Below, one piece after another: positions 11,864 through 21,845 of a stretch of DNA of 64,000 nt (the stretch's first letter is position 1; each line of letters begins with the position of its first letter). The translations under genes were made by a program, and so were the position numbers. Source of the stretch: an uncultured Gemmatimonadales bacterium (GTDB taxonomy: Bacteria; Gemmatimonadota; Gemmatimonadetes; Gemmatimonadales; GWC2-71-9); contig CAWGED010000019.1 in NCBI GenBank assembly GCA_963821525.1, positions 832,001 through 896,000 on the forward strand, read 5' to 3'. The notes under the pieces are model-generated. The model was not told where the DNA came from. It ran no database searches and saw only the letters and a list, made by a program, of their open reading frames with translations.

Positions 11864-12382
11864 CTACCACCCTGCGCGGTCTTTCGCCAAAGCGACGATG
11901 TCATCCGCCAGCTGAGCCGCCGATTTGATGTCGGCTTTGATTTCGGCGTCGGCCTTGACGTAGTACGGTTCCCGCTCCTTGAGCAGGGTCCGCATCCGCT
12001 CCATCGGATCCTCGGTGGCCAAGAGAGGCCGGATTCCGGAGGCCTCCGCCCGCTTGGCAGCGGTAGCGACCATCGTCTTGAGGTAGATGATCAGGGAGGC
12101 GGCCTTGGTCGCTTCCAGTGCCCCAGGTTGGGAGATCCACCCTCCACCCGGGGAGATCACGGCCGGCGGTCCGCCCAGGGCATTCACCATGGCCTCCCGC
12201 TCCAGCTCCCGGAACTTGATCTCGCCATGTTCCGCGAAGATCCGGCTCACCGGCATCTGCATCTTCCGCACGATGATGCTGTCGCAGTCGACGAACGCAG
12301 CCCCGAGCCGTTCCGCAACCAGGCGTCCCACCGTGGTCTTGCCGGCCCCGGGCAAACCAACCAGAACGATGTGCTTCTTCAT
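11864..12382 (-). CDS. aroK: Shikimate kinase
   Basis: GLPGAGKTTVG, GEIKFRELE, GGG, RPLL; ATGA overlap with aroC. Confidence 0.95.
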   Translation of the reverse strand: MKKHIVLVGLPGAGKTTVGRLVAERLGAAFVDCDSIIVRKMQMPVSRIFAEHGEIKFRELEREAMVNALGGPPAVISPGGGWISQPGALEATKAASLIIYLKTMVATAAKRAEASGIRPLLATEDPMERMRTLLKEREPYYVKADAEIKADIKSAAQLADDIVALAKDRAGW

Positions 12383-13596
12383 GGCGACAATGCTCCCCAT
12401 CGTGCTGCCAGGTTCTGCAAATAGGCGGCGAAATTGCGTCGGATCTCCCCGAGAGAATCGCCGCCGAATTTTTCCAGAAACGCATCCGCCACTACCAGCG
12501 CGGTGAGCGCCTCCGCAATGACTCCCATCGCCGGCACCGCTGTGACGTCGGAGCGCTCGCTCTGCGCGTTGGCGGCCTTGCCCGTCGTCAGATCCACGGT
12601 CGGCAGCGGCGACATGAGGGTGGAGATCGGCTTCATGCCGACCCGGATCACCAGCGGCTCGCCCGTGGTGACGCCGCCCTCCAGCCCACCCGCGTTGTTG
12701 CTGCGCCTGCGATATCCTCCGCGAAGCGCGGGATCCGGCGCGTTGGTGCCGGGAACCGCATCCGCGTCGATCGGATCATGCACCTGAGAACCCGGGCGCC
12801 GGGCCGCTTCGAAGCCCATTCCAATCTCTACCGCCTTGACCGCCGGAATCGACATCAACGCGCCGGCGAGGCGCCCATCCAGCTTCCGGTCCCAGTGCAC
12901 GTGGCTTCCCAAGCCCACCGGGAGTCCCCGCACCACAACCTGCGCTTCACCCCCAAGAGTGTCGCCATCCTTCTTCGCCTGATCGATCCGGCGAATGATC
13001 TCGGCTTCGATCGTCCGATCCAGGACTCGGATCTCCGAATTGTCGGCCGCCGGATTGAGCGGGACCGGAAGCGACGCGACCGGGGGTACTTGAATACCAC
13101 CGAGCGACACGATGTGGCTCCCGATTTCCACTCCGAACTCTTCCAGCAGGCGGCGGGCGAGTGCGCCGGCGGCCACCCGAGCGGCGGTTTCGCGCGCGCT
13201 GGCCCGCTCCAGAATGTCGCGGGCGTCCTGCCGGTCGTACTTCAGTACTCCGACCAGGTCGGCGTGGCCGGGCCGCGGCCTCGTGAGGCGACGCCGTCTG
13301 ACATCGCCAGGCTCACCCTCGGCCGCCATCACTTCTTCCCAGTTCGCCCAGTCGCGGTTGTGGATCAGCATCGCGACTGGAGTGCCCAGCGTCTCTCCCG
13401 CCCGGACACCGCTCAGCCATTCGATGCGGTCCCGCTCGATCTTCATCCGGGCACCGCGGCCATATCCCATCATCCGGCGGGCCAGCTCCTGGTCAACCTG
13501 TTCGGCCACGACCGGCAGTCCGGCAGGGAGCCCTTCGACGATTGCTACAAGGGCTTTGCCGTGAGATTCACCGGCGGTGAGAAACCGCAACGCCAC
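12379..13596 (-). CDS. aroC: Chorismate synthase
   Basis: TAGESHG, RPGHADL, ERASARETA, NNAGGLEGG, MKPISTL, ERSD. Confidence 0.98.
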   Translation of the reverse strand: MALRFLTAGESHGKALVAIVEGLPAGLPVVAEQVDQELARRMMGYGRGARMKIERDRIEWLSGVRAGETLGTPVAMLIHNRDWANWEEVMAAEGEPGDVRRRRLTRPRPGHADLVGVLKYDRQDARDILERASARETAARVAAGALARRLLEEFGVEIGSHIVSLGGIQVPPVASLPVPLNPAADNSEIRVLDRTIEAEIIRRIDQAKKDGDTLGGEAQVVVRGLPVGLGSHVHWDRKLDGRLAGALMSIPAVKAVEIGMGFEAARRPGSQVHDPIDADAVPGTNAPDPALRGGYRRRSNNAGGLEGGVTTGEPLVIRVGMKPISTLMSPLPTVDLTTGKAANAQSERSDVTAVPAMGVIAEALTALVVADAFLEKFGGDSLGEIRRNFAAYLQNLAARWGALSP

Positions 13597-13617
13597 CTCG
13601 GTACCTCCCTATAGCAT

Positions 13618-13644
13618 GCGAGCCCGACACGACGTCGGGCTCGC
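13618..13644. terminator. Stem-loop between pilQ and aroC (terminator or processing hairpin)
   Basis: GCGAGCCCGAC-acgac-GTCGGGCTCGC; no strong U tract. Confidence 0.5.
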
Positions 13645-13679
13645 GTAGGTCCGGTCGCCCGGACGACACACCGCCAGGC

Positions 13680-15440
13680 TCAGCTCTGGCCGTCGTCGAT
13701 AATACGCGGCGTAATCAGAATAATCAGATCGCGGCGATGCTCCTCGTTGGAGGAGAACCCGAACAGCTTGCCCACGATCGGGAGATCGACCAGGAGCGGG
13801 ATGCCGGACCGAATCTGATTCACTTCGGTGACGGTCAGGCCGCCGATAACCGCCGTTTCGCCATCGGCCACCAGCAGCTGGTTTTCCGCGTTCTGCTTTC
13901 TGATGGTGAAGCCCAGGTCGGCGGCGGCCAGAGTCCGGATGTCCGACCGCTCGGCAACGACCTTCATCAGCACCTGGCGGTTGTTGGTCACGTGCGGGGT
14001 GACCTTCAACTTGATACCGGTCTCCTTGAAGTTAACCGTCGCCTTCGGCGGTCCCGCCGCGCCGCTGGCGCCCGAGCTTACGTCGACCACGCGAACCGGA
14101 ACGTCCTCACCGACGTTGATGAAGGCTTCGCGGTTGTCCAGCGTGGTGATGAGTGGCTCCGCCTGCACATCGGCCACTTCCACCCGCTGCAGCGCCTGCA
14201 CGAAGGTCGTGAGATCGAACCCGCCGATGGCAGTCCGCCAGACCACTTCGAGGGCCGGGCTCACGATGAGCGCGTCGGCATTGGCGATGCCTGCCACCGA
14301 CTCACCGCCGACCACGACTGTGTTCTTGTCGAAGGGATCGCCCGTCGCGGGGTCGGTCCGTTGCACCAGCTTGTTGAAGAATACGTCGCTGCCCCCCAGG
14401 TCGTAGCGCAGGCCGAGGCTCTGGACGTCGGTCCGGTCGACAAAGATCAGCTTCGACTGGATCGAGACCTGCGGGGTGCGGATATCGAGGTTCTTGACGA
14501 AATCCGCGACCTCGGCCACCCGGCTGCGGGTGTCGGTAACGATGAGCGAATTGGAGGTCGTGTCGGCCACTACCTTGCCGCGCTTGGTCAGGATGGCGCC
14601 GATGCTCCCGATGAGCGAGGAAGCGGTGACGTAGTTGACCTGGACCAGCCGGGTCTGCAACGGCTCGATCGAATCGAGCGCGGCTAGCGCGCTGGGCGAG
14701 TCGACCCGGATGATGCCGCCGGGCAACTCGATCGCCTGCAGTCCCTGAGTGGCCAGCACGGCGGAGAACGCCTCGGGCCAGGGCTGATTCTTGATTTCGG
14801 CCGAAACGGTTCCCTTGATATCCTTGCCGAGGACGATGGTCTTCCCGGAGAACGCGGCGAAACCGGCGACCACGTCCGAGATGTCGGCCTTGTCCCAGGT
14901 CACCGTAATCCGGGGCTGCTGCTCCGCATGGGCGGCCGTAACGACTGGCGCCGGCGGCGTGACCTCGGGCTCCGCTGCGGTCGGGCGGATATGCTCCGCC
15001 GGTGGCTTCAGCTCGGAGGGGGCGGTGCTGGACCAGGCGAGGAAGCTCCGGTCGGCGCCGAAGCTGATCCGGACGTCGTCACCATCCCGCTCAACGCGAT
15101 AGTCGCGCTGTTCGTCGAGATAGATCGCGACCCGGACAACGTCGGGGCGGAACTGGGAGTACCGAACGTCGGAGACGCCGGCGCGGTTGATTCCGTCGTA
15201 GGTGGCGCCCGAGGCCGACAGCGTCGCGCCGAGGACGTCGATCACCAGACGGTTAGGCTCGCGGAGGACGAAGTCCTTGACCTCCACGGCCCCGCGAATG
15301 TTGATCACGATCTCCGCACGACCCGGAGTCGGGACCACGCTTACGGCGGTCACCTGGCCGGTTGGCGGCGGAGCCGCACGGCCGGGCGTCGCTCCGACGA
15401 GCGCTGCCGTTGCGAGGGCGAATAGAAGCTTACTCGTCAT
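13680..15440 (-). CDS. pilQ: Type IV pilus secretin PilQ (AMIN-like N-terminus)
   Basis: Signal peptide, LDIRTPQVSI, GIKLKVTPHVT, DGETAVIGGL, IPLLVDLPIVGKLF, LIILITPRI. Confidence 0.95.
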   Translation of the reverse strand: MTSKLLFALATAALVGATPGRAAPPPTGQVTAVSVVPTPGRAEIVINIRGAVEVKDFVLREPNRLVIDVLGATLSASGATYDGINRAGVSDVRYSQFRPDVVRVAIYLDEQRDYRVERDGDDVRISFGADRSFLAWSSTAPSELKPPAEHIRPTAAEPEVTPPAPVVTAAHAEQQPRITVTWDKADISDVVAGFAAFSGKTIVLGKDIKGTVSAEIKNQPWPEAFSAVLATQGLQAIELPGGIIRVDSPSALAALDSIEPLQTRLVQVNYVTASSLIGSIGAILTKRGKVVADTTSNSLIVTDTRSRVAEVADFVKNLDIRTPQVSIQSKLIFVDRTDVQSLGLRYDLGGSDVFFNKLVQRTDPATGDPFDKNTVVVGGESVAGIANADALIVSPALEVVWRTAIGGFDLTTFVQALQRVEVADVQAEPLITTLDNREAFINVGEDVPVRVVDVSSGASGAAGPPKATVNFKETGIKLKVTPHVTNNRQVLMKVVAERSDIRTLAAADLGFTIRKQNAENQLLVADGETAVIGGLTVTEVNQIRSGIPLLVDLPIVGKLFGFSSNEEHRRDLIILITPRIIDDGQS

Positions 15441-16279
15441 GGGGTCTCTGCCTCCCGTTTGCGCATCGACAGCGTTTCCTGTCGCTCGAACCCGATGTCT
15501 TCCACCGTGAATACCACGTCCTGCTGCCGGATCTGTGCCACCTTGAGGCGGCCGACCTGGTCTCCTACCCGCAGCTTGTAGCGCTTACCCGAATTCTTGT
15601 CTCGCAGCACTGCGACGCTGTTACTGGAGCGGCGCAGGTCGAGATAGATGCCCAGCAGGATGAGGTCGGAAAACTCGGGGCCGACCTTGGCCGTCGAGAT
15701 CAGAGAGACGAAGGGATCGCGAGATCCACCCGCGTAAGTGAAGGTCTCCCGCTGCACCTCGGTTTCCCGGGTCCGCTGGAGCGAGTCACTCCGGACGGAA
15801 TCGGCCCCGGCCTGGCGCAGCGAATCCTGACGCGCCAGCTCCGCCTTCGTCTTCAGCGAGTCTTCCTTCGCCTGCTCGCGGGCCTTACGGGCCGAGTCGG
15901 CACGCTGCACCGCCAGCTGCTTTGGCGTGAGCTTCTCAGCCGCGGGTGCCTCGGTCGTCGGCGAGGGCGCAGTCGCCAGACCCGCCGGCGGCTTGCCGCA
16001 CGCGGTGAGGACTTCGGGACGGATCATGCCTTCGGGCGGCTGCACGGCGAGCTTCTTCTTGCCCGCCGCGGTCTTGCCCATGTCGGTAATGATTGAATCA
16101 GAGCACGCGGTGTAGCCGACTCGCGCGAGCGAATCCACCATCCGGGTGCTGTCGCGTTTGGCGCGGACCGCCGCCAGGTCAACGGCGGCATCGGCCTCAT
16201 CGTTCTTCGCGCCGCCGCCACACGCGGCCGCGAGGAGCACGAGGGCCAGGAGCGAGCGCCGCAGAGAATCAGGTGCCAC
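15437..16279 (-). CDS. pilP: PilP-like pilus assembly lipoprotein
   Basis: Lipobox LLAAAC, FTY...RDPF motif, LRVGDQVG; position between pilO and pilQ. Confidence 0.8.
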   Translation of the reverse strand: MAPDSLRRSLLALVLLAAACGGGAKNDEADAAVDLAAVRAKRDSTRMVDSLARVGYTACSDSIITDMGKTAAGKKKLAVQPPEGMIRPEVLTACGKPPAGLATAPSPTTEAPAAEKLTPKQLAVQRADSARKAREQAKEDSLKTKAELARQDSLRQAGADSVRSDSLQRTRETEVQRETFTYAGGSRDPFVSLISTAKVGPEFSDLILLGIYLDLRRSSNSVAVLRDKNSGKRYKLRVGDQVGRLKVAQIRQQDVVFTVEDIGFERQETLSMRKREAETP

Positions 16280-16901
16280 TGGCTTCTCCCTCCGAGCTCG
16301 CGGTTTTGACGAAGGTGCGGATCTGGAAACGGGCTTCGAGTAGCGATCCGGTGGAATCGCCGAGAACCTTGGCCTTAGCCACGTCGACGACCGACAGGGT
16401 CAAGTCGACCGGGACGATGATGCGCTGCAGGCTGGCCACGTCCGAGAGGAATTCGCCCAGCTGGTCGTAGCGGCCCATGATGGAGTACTGGTAGCGATAG
16501 GTCTCGAACGGCGCGGGACCCGGCTCCGTAGGCATCGGCAGGAACTGCGCAACCGTGACCCCGCGGATCTTGGCGCGGGTGGAGATCTCGTCCATCAGGT
16601 TGGCGACCTCGTTGCGGTCGGGGACCAGCCGACGCATGAGCTCGAGACTCGAGCGATACCCTTCCAACCGGCGGCGCAGATCGTCCACGCTTCCCTGCGC
16701 CAGGATCTTCTTGGCGCTGTCGGTGAGGGCGACGAGCGAGTCGATGGTCTTCTTCCGGGCGGCGATGGTGTCCTTCGCCTGCGTGATACCCGAAATGCCG
16801 AGCATCTCGAGGCCGGTGCCCGAATATCCCATGTACCCGAGCAGCAGGACCACGAGGATGATCAGGAGCGGCGTTGTGCGCTGGTTGCTGATAGCGGCCA
16901 T
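16269..16901 (-). CDS. pilO: Type IV pilus assembly protein PilO
   Basis: N-terminal TM and coiled coil, LVPDRNEV, GRYDQLGEFLSDVASLQRII. Confidence 0.9.
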   Translation of the reverse strand: MAAISNQRTTPLLIILVVLLLGYMGYSGTGLEMLGISGITQAKDTIAARKKTIDSLVALTDSAKKILAQGSVDDLRRRLEGYRSSLELMRRLVPDRNEVANLMDEISTRAKIRGVTVAQFLPMPTEPGPAPFETYRYQYSIMGRYDQLGEFLSDVASLQRIIVPVDLTLSVVDVAKAKVLGDSTGSLLEARFQIRTFVKTASSEGEASGT

Positions 16902-16903
16902 GC

Positions 16904-17584
16904 TTACCTCACCGACTGGCTGAGTGGCACGGTCCGGATATACGCCGAGTCCGCCTGCTTGAACTCGGCCTGGATCGTGAATTTGGTGACTGGGCGCTCC
17001 AGCTCGACCACGGTGGCGGCTTCGAGCGGCGTCACGTTCTGAAGCCAGGGCGAGGCCTCGAGCTGCCGGAGGAACCGGGTATACGCCTGGAGATCCATGG
17101 TGCGGCCTTCCATCCTGAACTGCATCGGCCGATCCGTCGTGTCCGCCGTATCGGCGACCGCCACCGCGCCCTGGACCGCAAGCAAGGTGAGCCAGGTGTA
17201 GGGCGGGAGTGACTTCGCGACCTCATCCATCACGTGGGGCCAGATGTAGCGGTTGCCATCCACCGAGCGGATGGTGTGGATCTGGGTCAGGAGCGAGTCG
17301 CGGATCTGCTCGGCGCGATGCTTCTGCTGCAGCAATCCCTCAAAACGCTTGTGCTCGTCCTGGACCTGCTCCAGCCGCGGCCCGAGGACAGCCAGCTCGC
17401 GCCGGGTCGAGCCGAAGCCCCAGATCAGGTACCCACCGACCACGACGCCGACCACAGTAGCGGCGAGCAGCATGGGATCCTTGACCCGGGTCCCCAGCGC
17501 CCTGAACCGCTCGACGAATTCCTTGCCACCGCCGCCGGCGCGCTTGCGCTTCTGTCCGGGACGGAGATTGACGGTGATCATCAT
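16904..17584 (-). CDS. pilN: Type IV pilus assembly protein PilN
   Basis: N-terminal ITVNLRP motif, TM, LPPYTWL, FLRQLEASP. Confidence 0.9.
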   Translation of the reverse strand: MMITVNLRPGQKRKRAGGGGKEFVERFRALGTRVKDPMLLAATVVGVVVGGYLIWGFGSTRRELAVLGPRLEQVQDEHKRFEGLLQQKHRAEQIRDSLLTQIHTIRSVDGNRYIWPHVMDEVAKSLPPYTWLTLLAVQGAVAVADTADTTDRPMQFRMEGRTMDLQAYTRFLRQLEASPWLQNVTPLEAATVVELERPVTKFTIQAEFKQADSAYIRTVPLSQSVR

Positions 17585-17606
17585 GGATGTGGCTCCGGGC
17601 CTCGGA

Positions 17607-18650
17607 TCACGCCGCGTTCCTGAGCGCCAGGCCAATCGGCAGCATCAGGAGCGGTGAGACCTCGTCGATGTTCATCGTTTCAAAGACCCCATCTGCCACC
17701 CGCAGCCGCTCGACCGGGCTAGCCAGCTCCACCGGAAGACGCAGCCGGTCCCCGAGCACCTTGTTCAGACCCGGAATCCGGCCACCGCCGCCGGTGAGCC
17801 AGAGCCGCCCGATGCCACTGGCCGACCGGCTGGCCGACTGGAGGAAGGCGGCGGCGCGCTCGATGCCGACAGCCAGCTCTTCGCCACGGGTCTCGAGGAA
17901 AGGATCCAGGATCTCACTCCGCTCGAAGCCCTGCAGCAGCTGATCCGCTTCCTCCGCGGACAGGCCGCGCTCCCGCTGAATGTCCTCCCGGAAGCGGCGG
18001 GTGCCGACCGGCAGGTCACGGGTAAGAACGGGAACCCCGTCCTCGAGGATGTTGATGTTGGTCATCTCGTGGCCGAGGTTCACCAGGCCGACCACACCCC
18101 GCATGGCATCGGGGTAGTTCACTTCGAAGGCGTTGTGCAGCGCAAAGGCGTCCACGTCGATGACCGCGGGGGTAAGCCCCGCCTCGGCCAGCAACGCCAC
18201 CTTGTTCTCGACTAGTTCACGCTTGGCAGCGACCAGAAGCACGGTCATCTGGAGACCCTCACCGGCGGGATCCAGGATCTGGAAGTCGAGCTCGACGTTC
18301 TCCATATCGAAGGGAACGTGCTGCTCCGCTTCCCAGCGGATCACCTCGCGAGCTTCAGCCTCGCGCATGCGATCCATCGCGATCTTCTTGATGATCACGT
18401 CGCGTCCACCCACCGCGATCACTACCTGCTTGGCTTTGATTCCTGCAGAAGCCATCAGGCCCTTGATCGCGTCGGCCACGATCCCGGGGTCCATGACCTC
18501 ACCCTCGACGATCGCATCGTCCACCACGCTGGTGTACGCCACCTTGGTGAGGACGGGATCGCCGGCGCCATGGGAAATGGCCACGAGCTTGATCAGCCCG
18601 GAACCAATATCCAGCGCAACGGTCGTCTTCTTTCTGCTGAAGAGGCCCAT
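17607..18650 (-). CDS. pilM: Type IV pilus assembly protein PilM
   Basis: ALDIGSGLIK, EAEQHVPF, DVDAFAL, LTGGG, IGLALR. Confidence 0.96.
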   Translation of the reverse strand: MGLFSRKKTTVALDIGSGLIKLVAISHGAGDPVLTKVAYTSVVDDAIVEGEVMDPGIVADAIKGLMASAGIKAKQVVIAVGGRDVIIKKIAMDRMREAEAREVIRWEAEQHVPFDMENVELDFQILDPAGEGLQMTVLLVAAKRELVENKVALLAEAGLTPAVIDVDAFALHNAFEVNYPDAMRGVVGLVNLGHEMTNINILEDGVPVLTRDLPVGTRRFREDIQRERGLSAEEADQLLQGFERSEILDPFLETRGEELAVGIERAAAFLQSASRSASGIGRLWLTGGGGRIPGLNKVLGDRLRLPVELASPVERLRVADGVFETMNIDEVSPLLMLPIGLALRNAA

Positions 18651-18687
18651 AGTTGCCCGGCGTGACTTGAGGTGGAAACGGTAGGCT

Positions 18688-18716
18688 ACGCTATTATGCG
18701 CGCCTGCTTTTGTCAA
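18688..18716 (-). promoter_or_regulatory. Putative sigma70 promoter of pilMNOPQ
   Basis: TTGACA-N17-TAGCGT. Confidence 0.55.
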
Positions 18717-18985
18717 GCTTCCAAAATGCTTTAAGTCTGTTATACCAAACTGTTAGTACGAGAGACTTTACGTACTCACTGATGAGACAGAGCTTGAAGC
18801 CATCTGTCGGACCGAGACCGTACAAACTCTGCAGAGCAGTTCTTCAAAGTTACACTGCTGTCACGACACTGCTGTAATCGGCATTTCTCGCTTCCCGCCA
18901 CCAGGTTTTGGAGTCCCTGTGCGAGGGCTCGTCGTGCCCACCGCGAGATGCCTTTGCAACTAGTCACACCCAGCGCGCTTGAGGG

Positions 18986-19000
18986 GCAACCCAAATGCCA
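18986..19000 (-). promoter_or_regulatory. Putative sigma54 -24/-12 promoter with no adjacent ORF, ~335 bp upstream of pilM
   Basis: TGGCATTTGGGTTGC (GG-N10-GC); one mismatch to the promoter at 19775-19789. Confidence 0.7.
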
Positions 19001-19210
19001 TGGGGGAGAAAGAATGCCGTAACCGACTGATAATGAAGGAGTTAGCGTTGTGATCCGGCGCACGATCCCCGGACCAAAAGTGCTAGATGCCTCTTGGAAA
19101 TTGCCGGAAGTGCCTTATCCCGAAGGAGTTGTGCAAGACCAAAATCAGGGCTCCAAACCCGGGAACAGCAGAGGAAATCACACCAACTCCCTGGTCACCT
19201 CGTAGCCTGA

Positions 19211-19241
19211 AAAGAAGAAGGCGGCGGATCGCTCCGCCGCC
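19211..19241 (-). terminator. Rho-independent terminator after pilin copy 1
   Basis: GGCGGCGGA-loop-TCCGCCGCC followed by TTCTTCTTTT on the minus strand. Confidence 0.85.
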
Positions 19242-19268
19242 CCCTCGTGTTGCCGGTGCCGCGCGACC

Positions 19269-19694
19269 TTACCAGCAGGCCGGGGCGCCTTCGTTGGTCA
19301 CCGCCGCATTCGGCGCATTCGCCAGCGGGCCGGTGAAGATGCCGCAGTTCGTCGGGGTACTGGTCACCGCCGGGTTCGTCATCGTGGCCTTCCAACCGGC
19401 CGCGTCAACGTAGGTCAGGGCCAGCACGTTGCCCTTGCTGGGCACGAACGAAACCTTGCCCGCGCCGCCGGTGCCGTTGGTCTGCGCCGTGCTGACCGTC
19501 GAGCCGGCGTAGTCGTTGTTATCCGAGAAGAACGCTTCCTGCGCCGTCACCAGGTTCCGCAGGTCCGACTTCATGGACGCCACGATCGCCTTCTGCTTGG
19601 TGTTGGCGAACTTCGGGATCGCGATGGCAGCCAGAATGCCGATGATCACCACCACGATCAACAGCTCGATGAGCGTAAAGCCTTTGCGGTTCAT
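19269..19694 (-). CDS. pilA: Type IVa major pilin, copy 1
   Basis: MNRKG|FTLIELLIVVVIIGILAAIAIPKF class III signal; C-terminal Cys pair. Confidence 0.93.
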   Translation of the reverse strand: MNRKGFTLIELLIVVVIIGILAAIAIPKFANTKQKAIVASMKSDLRNLVTAQEAFFSDNNDYAGSTVSTAQTNGTGGAGKVSFVPSKGNVLALTYVDAAGWKATMTNPAVTSTPTNCGIFTGPLANAPNAAVTNEGAPACW

Positions 19695-19774
19695 AAACTC
19701 CTCTCCTGTTTGCGTAAGGTAACCATCTGCCGTGGCCGCCGAGGCACCGGAGATTTTCGATCACCTTCGAGAAA

Positions 19775-19789
19775 GCAACCCCAATGCCA
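19775..19789 (-). promoter_or_regulatory. sigma54 promoter of pilin copy 1
   Basis: TGGCATTGGGGTTGC, ~80 bp upstream of the ATG. Confidence 0.8.
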
Positions 19790-19891
19790 ACCCTCCCTCA
19801 GAAACCTAAGTAATTTCAGAACAAAAACTTACGGACTCCGGCGCTCCCGCAGGCTCCCCGGCAAGCCACTCGAGATCTTGAAAATTGCCAG

Positions 19892-21012
19892 TTAGAACCG
19901 ACTCCAGCTTCGGCCCGAAAGGGGCCGAAGATGGGTGCTTCGATCCGCCGCACGCCTAATGGCACAGCGAGACAAGGCAACCGAACCGACCCCGGTAAGC
20001 CGTGCGGTGTCACTCGGGCTGTGCCGCAGGAGCACCAGTCCAGTGACCCGGGTGCCGGCTCCGGCAATCGTCAACCGCCCGGCCACAACCACCACCCCGT
20101 AGAAGTCGAACCCGTCGGCCAGCTCCAGATCACCATCCGCCAGCAACACACCCTGGCCTCGGCCCCCTTCGATCCGGCTTCCCGACGAGACGCTGATGAT
20201 GGGGAAGAATCCAAAGCAGCGGCTGGACGAATCGAGCGGTTCGCCGAGGTTGGTCGCGGCCAAAGGATCACACCCGCCAGTCGCGGGATCGAGCACAGGC
20301 CCTGGACCGCTCACCAGTCCGCCGAGCTGCTGGTTCGCCGCAGCGCGCAGCCTCGTGAAATTCCAGCTGCCGTAAGTCGAGAGCAAAGAATCGGACACAG
20401 TCGAGTCAACCACGAGGCCCGGGCTGCCTGTGAGACAGGTTCCTCCTGTGCAGCCGCTGGAGAAAACCGGGGTTCCCGAACTGTCAGTCACGGCAGCGAG
20501 CGGCAGAAGCGGAAGGAGGACAGACACTACCCCATCCCGGCGGGACATGATCCCCGCCATCCACACTCATGCCGCCCCCCAGTTCAAGCGGACCGCGAGC
20601 CACGATCGCCCCGCGGTCGGGAAATCCTGGTGGCTCGATCCGCATCCATCGCCCCACCGCGGCCCGCGCCAGGGGGTGACCACCGGCGTCGTTGACCTCA
20701 CCGAACCCGGTCTGCAGGTAGAGCAAGGCGCCGAGGTGCGTGATCGAGTCGGCGAGAAGCTGGCGGCTCGATGCTCCTCCTCCGGAAGCGACCGTGGCTC
20801 CCGGCTGGCAGGGTGTCCCATGACTCTGTCGGCCAGCTCTCGGCCGCGAGCTCGATTCCGCCCTCGGCGGCCGCGGTGGCCTGGGTTGCCGCGAGGGCCT
20901 GATCCGCTGAGCGACTCTCCAGGCGCGCAAGCATCAGTACCATCCCGGCGAGGAGTGTCAGCGCGGTGAGCACAATGAGAGTGAGGGGCAATGCCACCCC
21001 TCGCCGGTTCAT
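19892..21012 (-). CDS. PilX-like minor pilin; two frameshifts
   Basis: MNRRG|VALPLTLIVL (no Glu5, PilX-type) ...AAAEGG; continues in frames 20484-20930 and 19892-20566. Confidence 0.7.
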
Positions 21013-21026
21013 ACAGGCTCGGGATC

Positions 21027-21845
21027 TCATGGGCCGGCATTCCTGAAGGGGATCACGACCCTCGCCGTGTCTCTCAGCAACTGCGGCGCACCGAAGGATC
21101 CCGCAACGGCCCGCGCCGCCAACGCGCGAATCACCACCTCACCCGATCGAACCTCGAATGCCCGCCCGGCGAGCCCACCCGCCGAATCCCGGAAAGCGAA
21201 CGAGAGTCCGTTGCTATCGAGTGGGCCAAGAACCGGTTGAATGACCTCTCCAGCACTGACCGATCTCGCGCCGAGCCAGTAGTTGCCCTGCGATTGATAG
21301 AGCTTGATCTGCATGATCTCAAACACTCTGACCGGAAACAACGGGCCCACGGACGCGGCTGCGAGGGCCACAGAATCGAGCAAGGTGGAGAGACGCAGCG
21401 AGGAAGCTCCGCCGCAGGTTGATTGGCCGACGGCAGTCACCGGTCCGCTGACCCACTCTCGGCCCGGACCCGCAGCGACATAGAGCAGCAGACTGTCGCG
21501 GCCGGGCTGAGGACGACGAAAGGCGCCGTAGGTCTCACCGAGCAACTCCACCGACGTCGGGCCGATCCGGCAGGCAATTCCGCTTCCCCGGGTGGCTCGG
21601 TAGGTCACTGATTCGGCGGCGAAGGCGAGGAGGTCGAGGTTTCCGGAATCGGTGGAGACATCTCGCAGGTCCGTGGAGATGAAGGCCGCGGCGCTTCGCA
21701 GATTGGCCTGCAGGAGAACCCGCTGGGCCTGCAGGGAAGCGGTCCGCTGCTGCGCCACCAGGAGGCGGTAGACCAACCCGAGCACCAGGACGGTGAGCAG
21801 CAACGCCACCATGCTCTCGATAAGCGTGAAACCGGCATTGCTCAC
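21027..21845 (-). CDS. PilW-like minor pilin
   Basis: SNAG|FTLIESMVALLL; GTGA overlap with the upstream gene. Confidence 0.8.
   Translation of the reverse strand: MSNAGFTLIESMVALLLTVLVLGLVYRLLVAQQRTASLQAQRVLLQANLRSAAAFISTDLRDVSTDSGNLDLLAFAAESVTYRATRGSGIACRIGPTSVELLGETYGAFRRPQPGRDSLLLYVAAGPGREWVSGPVTAVGQSTCGGASSLRLSTLLDSVALAAASVGPLFPVRVFEIMQIKLYQSQGNYWLGARSVSAGEVIQPVLGPLDSNGLSFAFRDSAGGLAGRAFEVRSGEVVIRALAARAVAGSFGAPQLLRDTARVVIPFRNAGP

Larger units (their letters stand above)
19210..19703. repeat. ~490-bp direct repeat, copy 1 (pilin gene plus terminator)
   Basis: Near-identical to 22304-22796, offset 3093 bp. Confidence 0.95.

Noticed and set aside
18720..18985. c-di-GMP (GEMM) riboswitch upstream of pilM or of the GGDEF-EAL gene (42630-42900)
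   Set aside because: I could not find the paired GGCAAA/GAAA/GCAAAG architecture by eye; an Infernal search is needed to exclude it.
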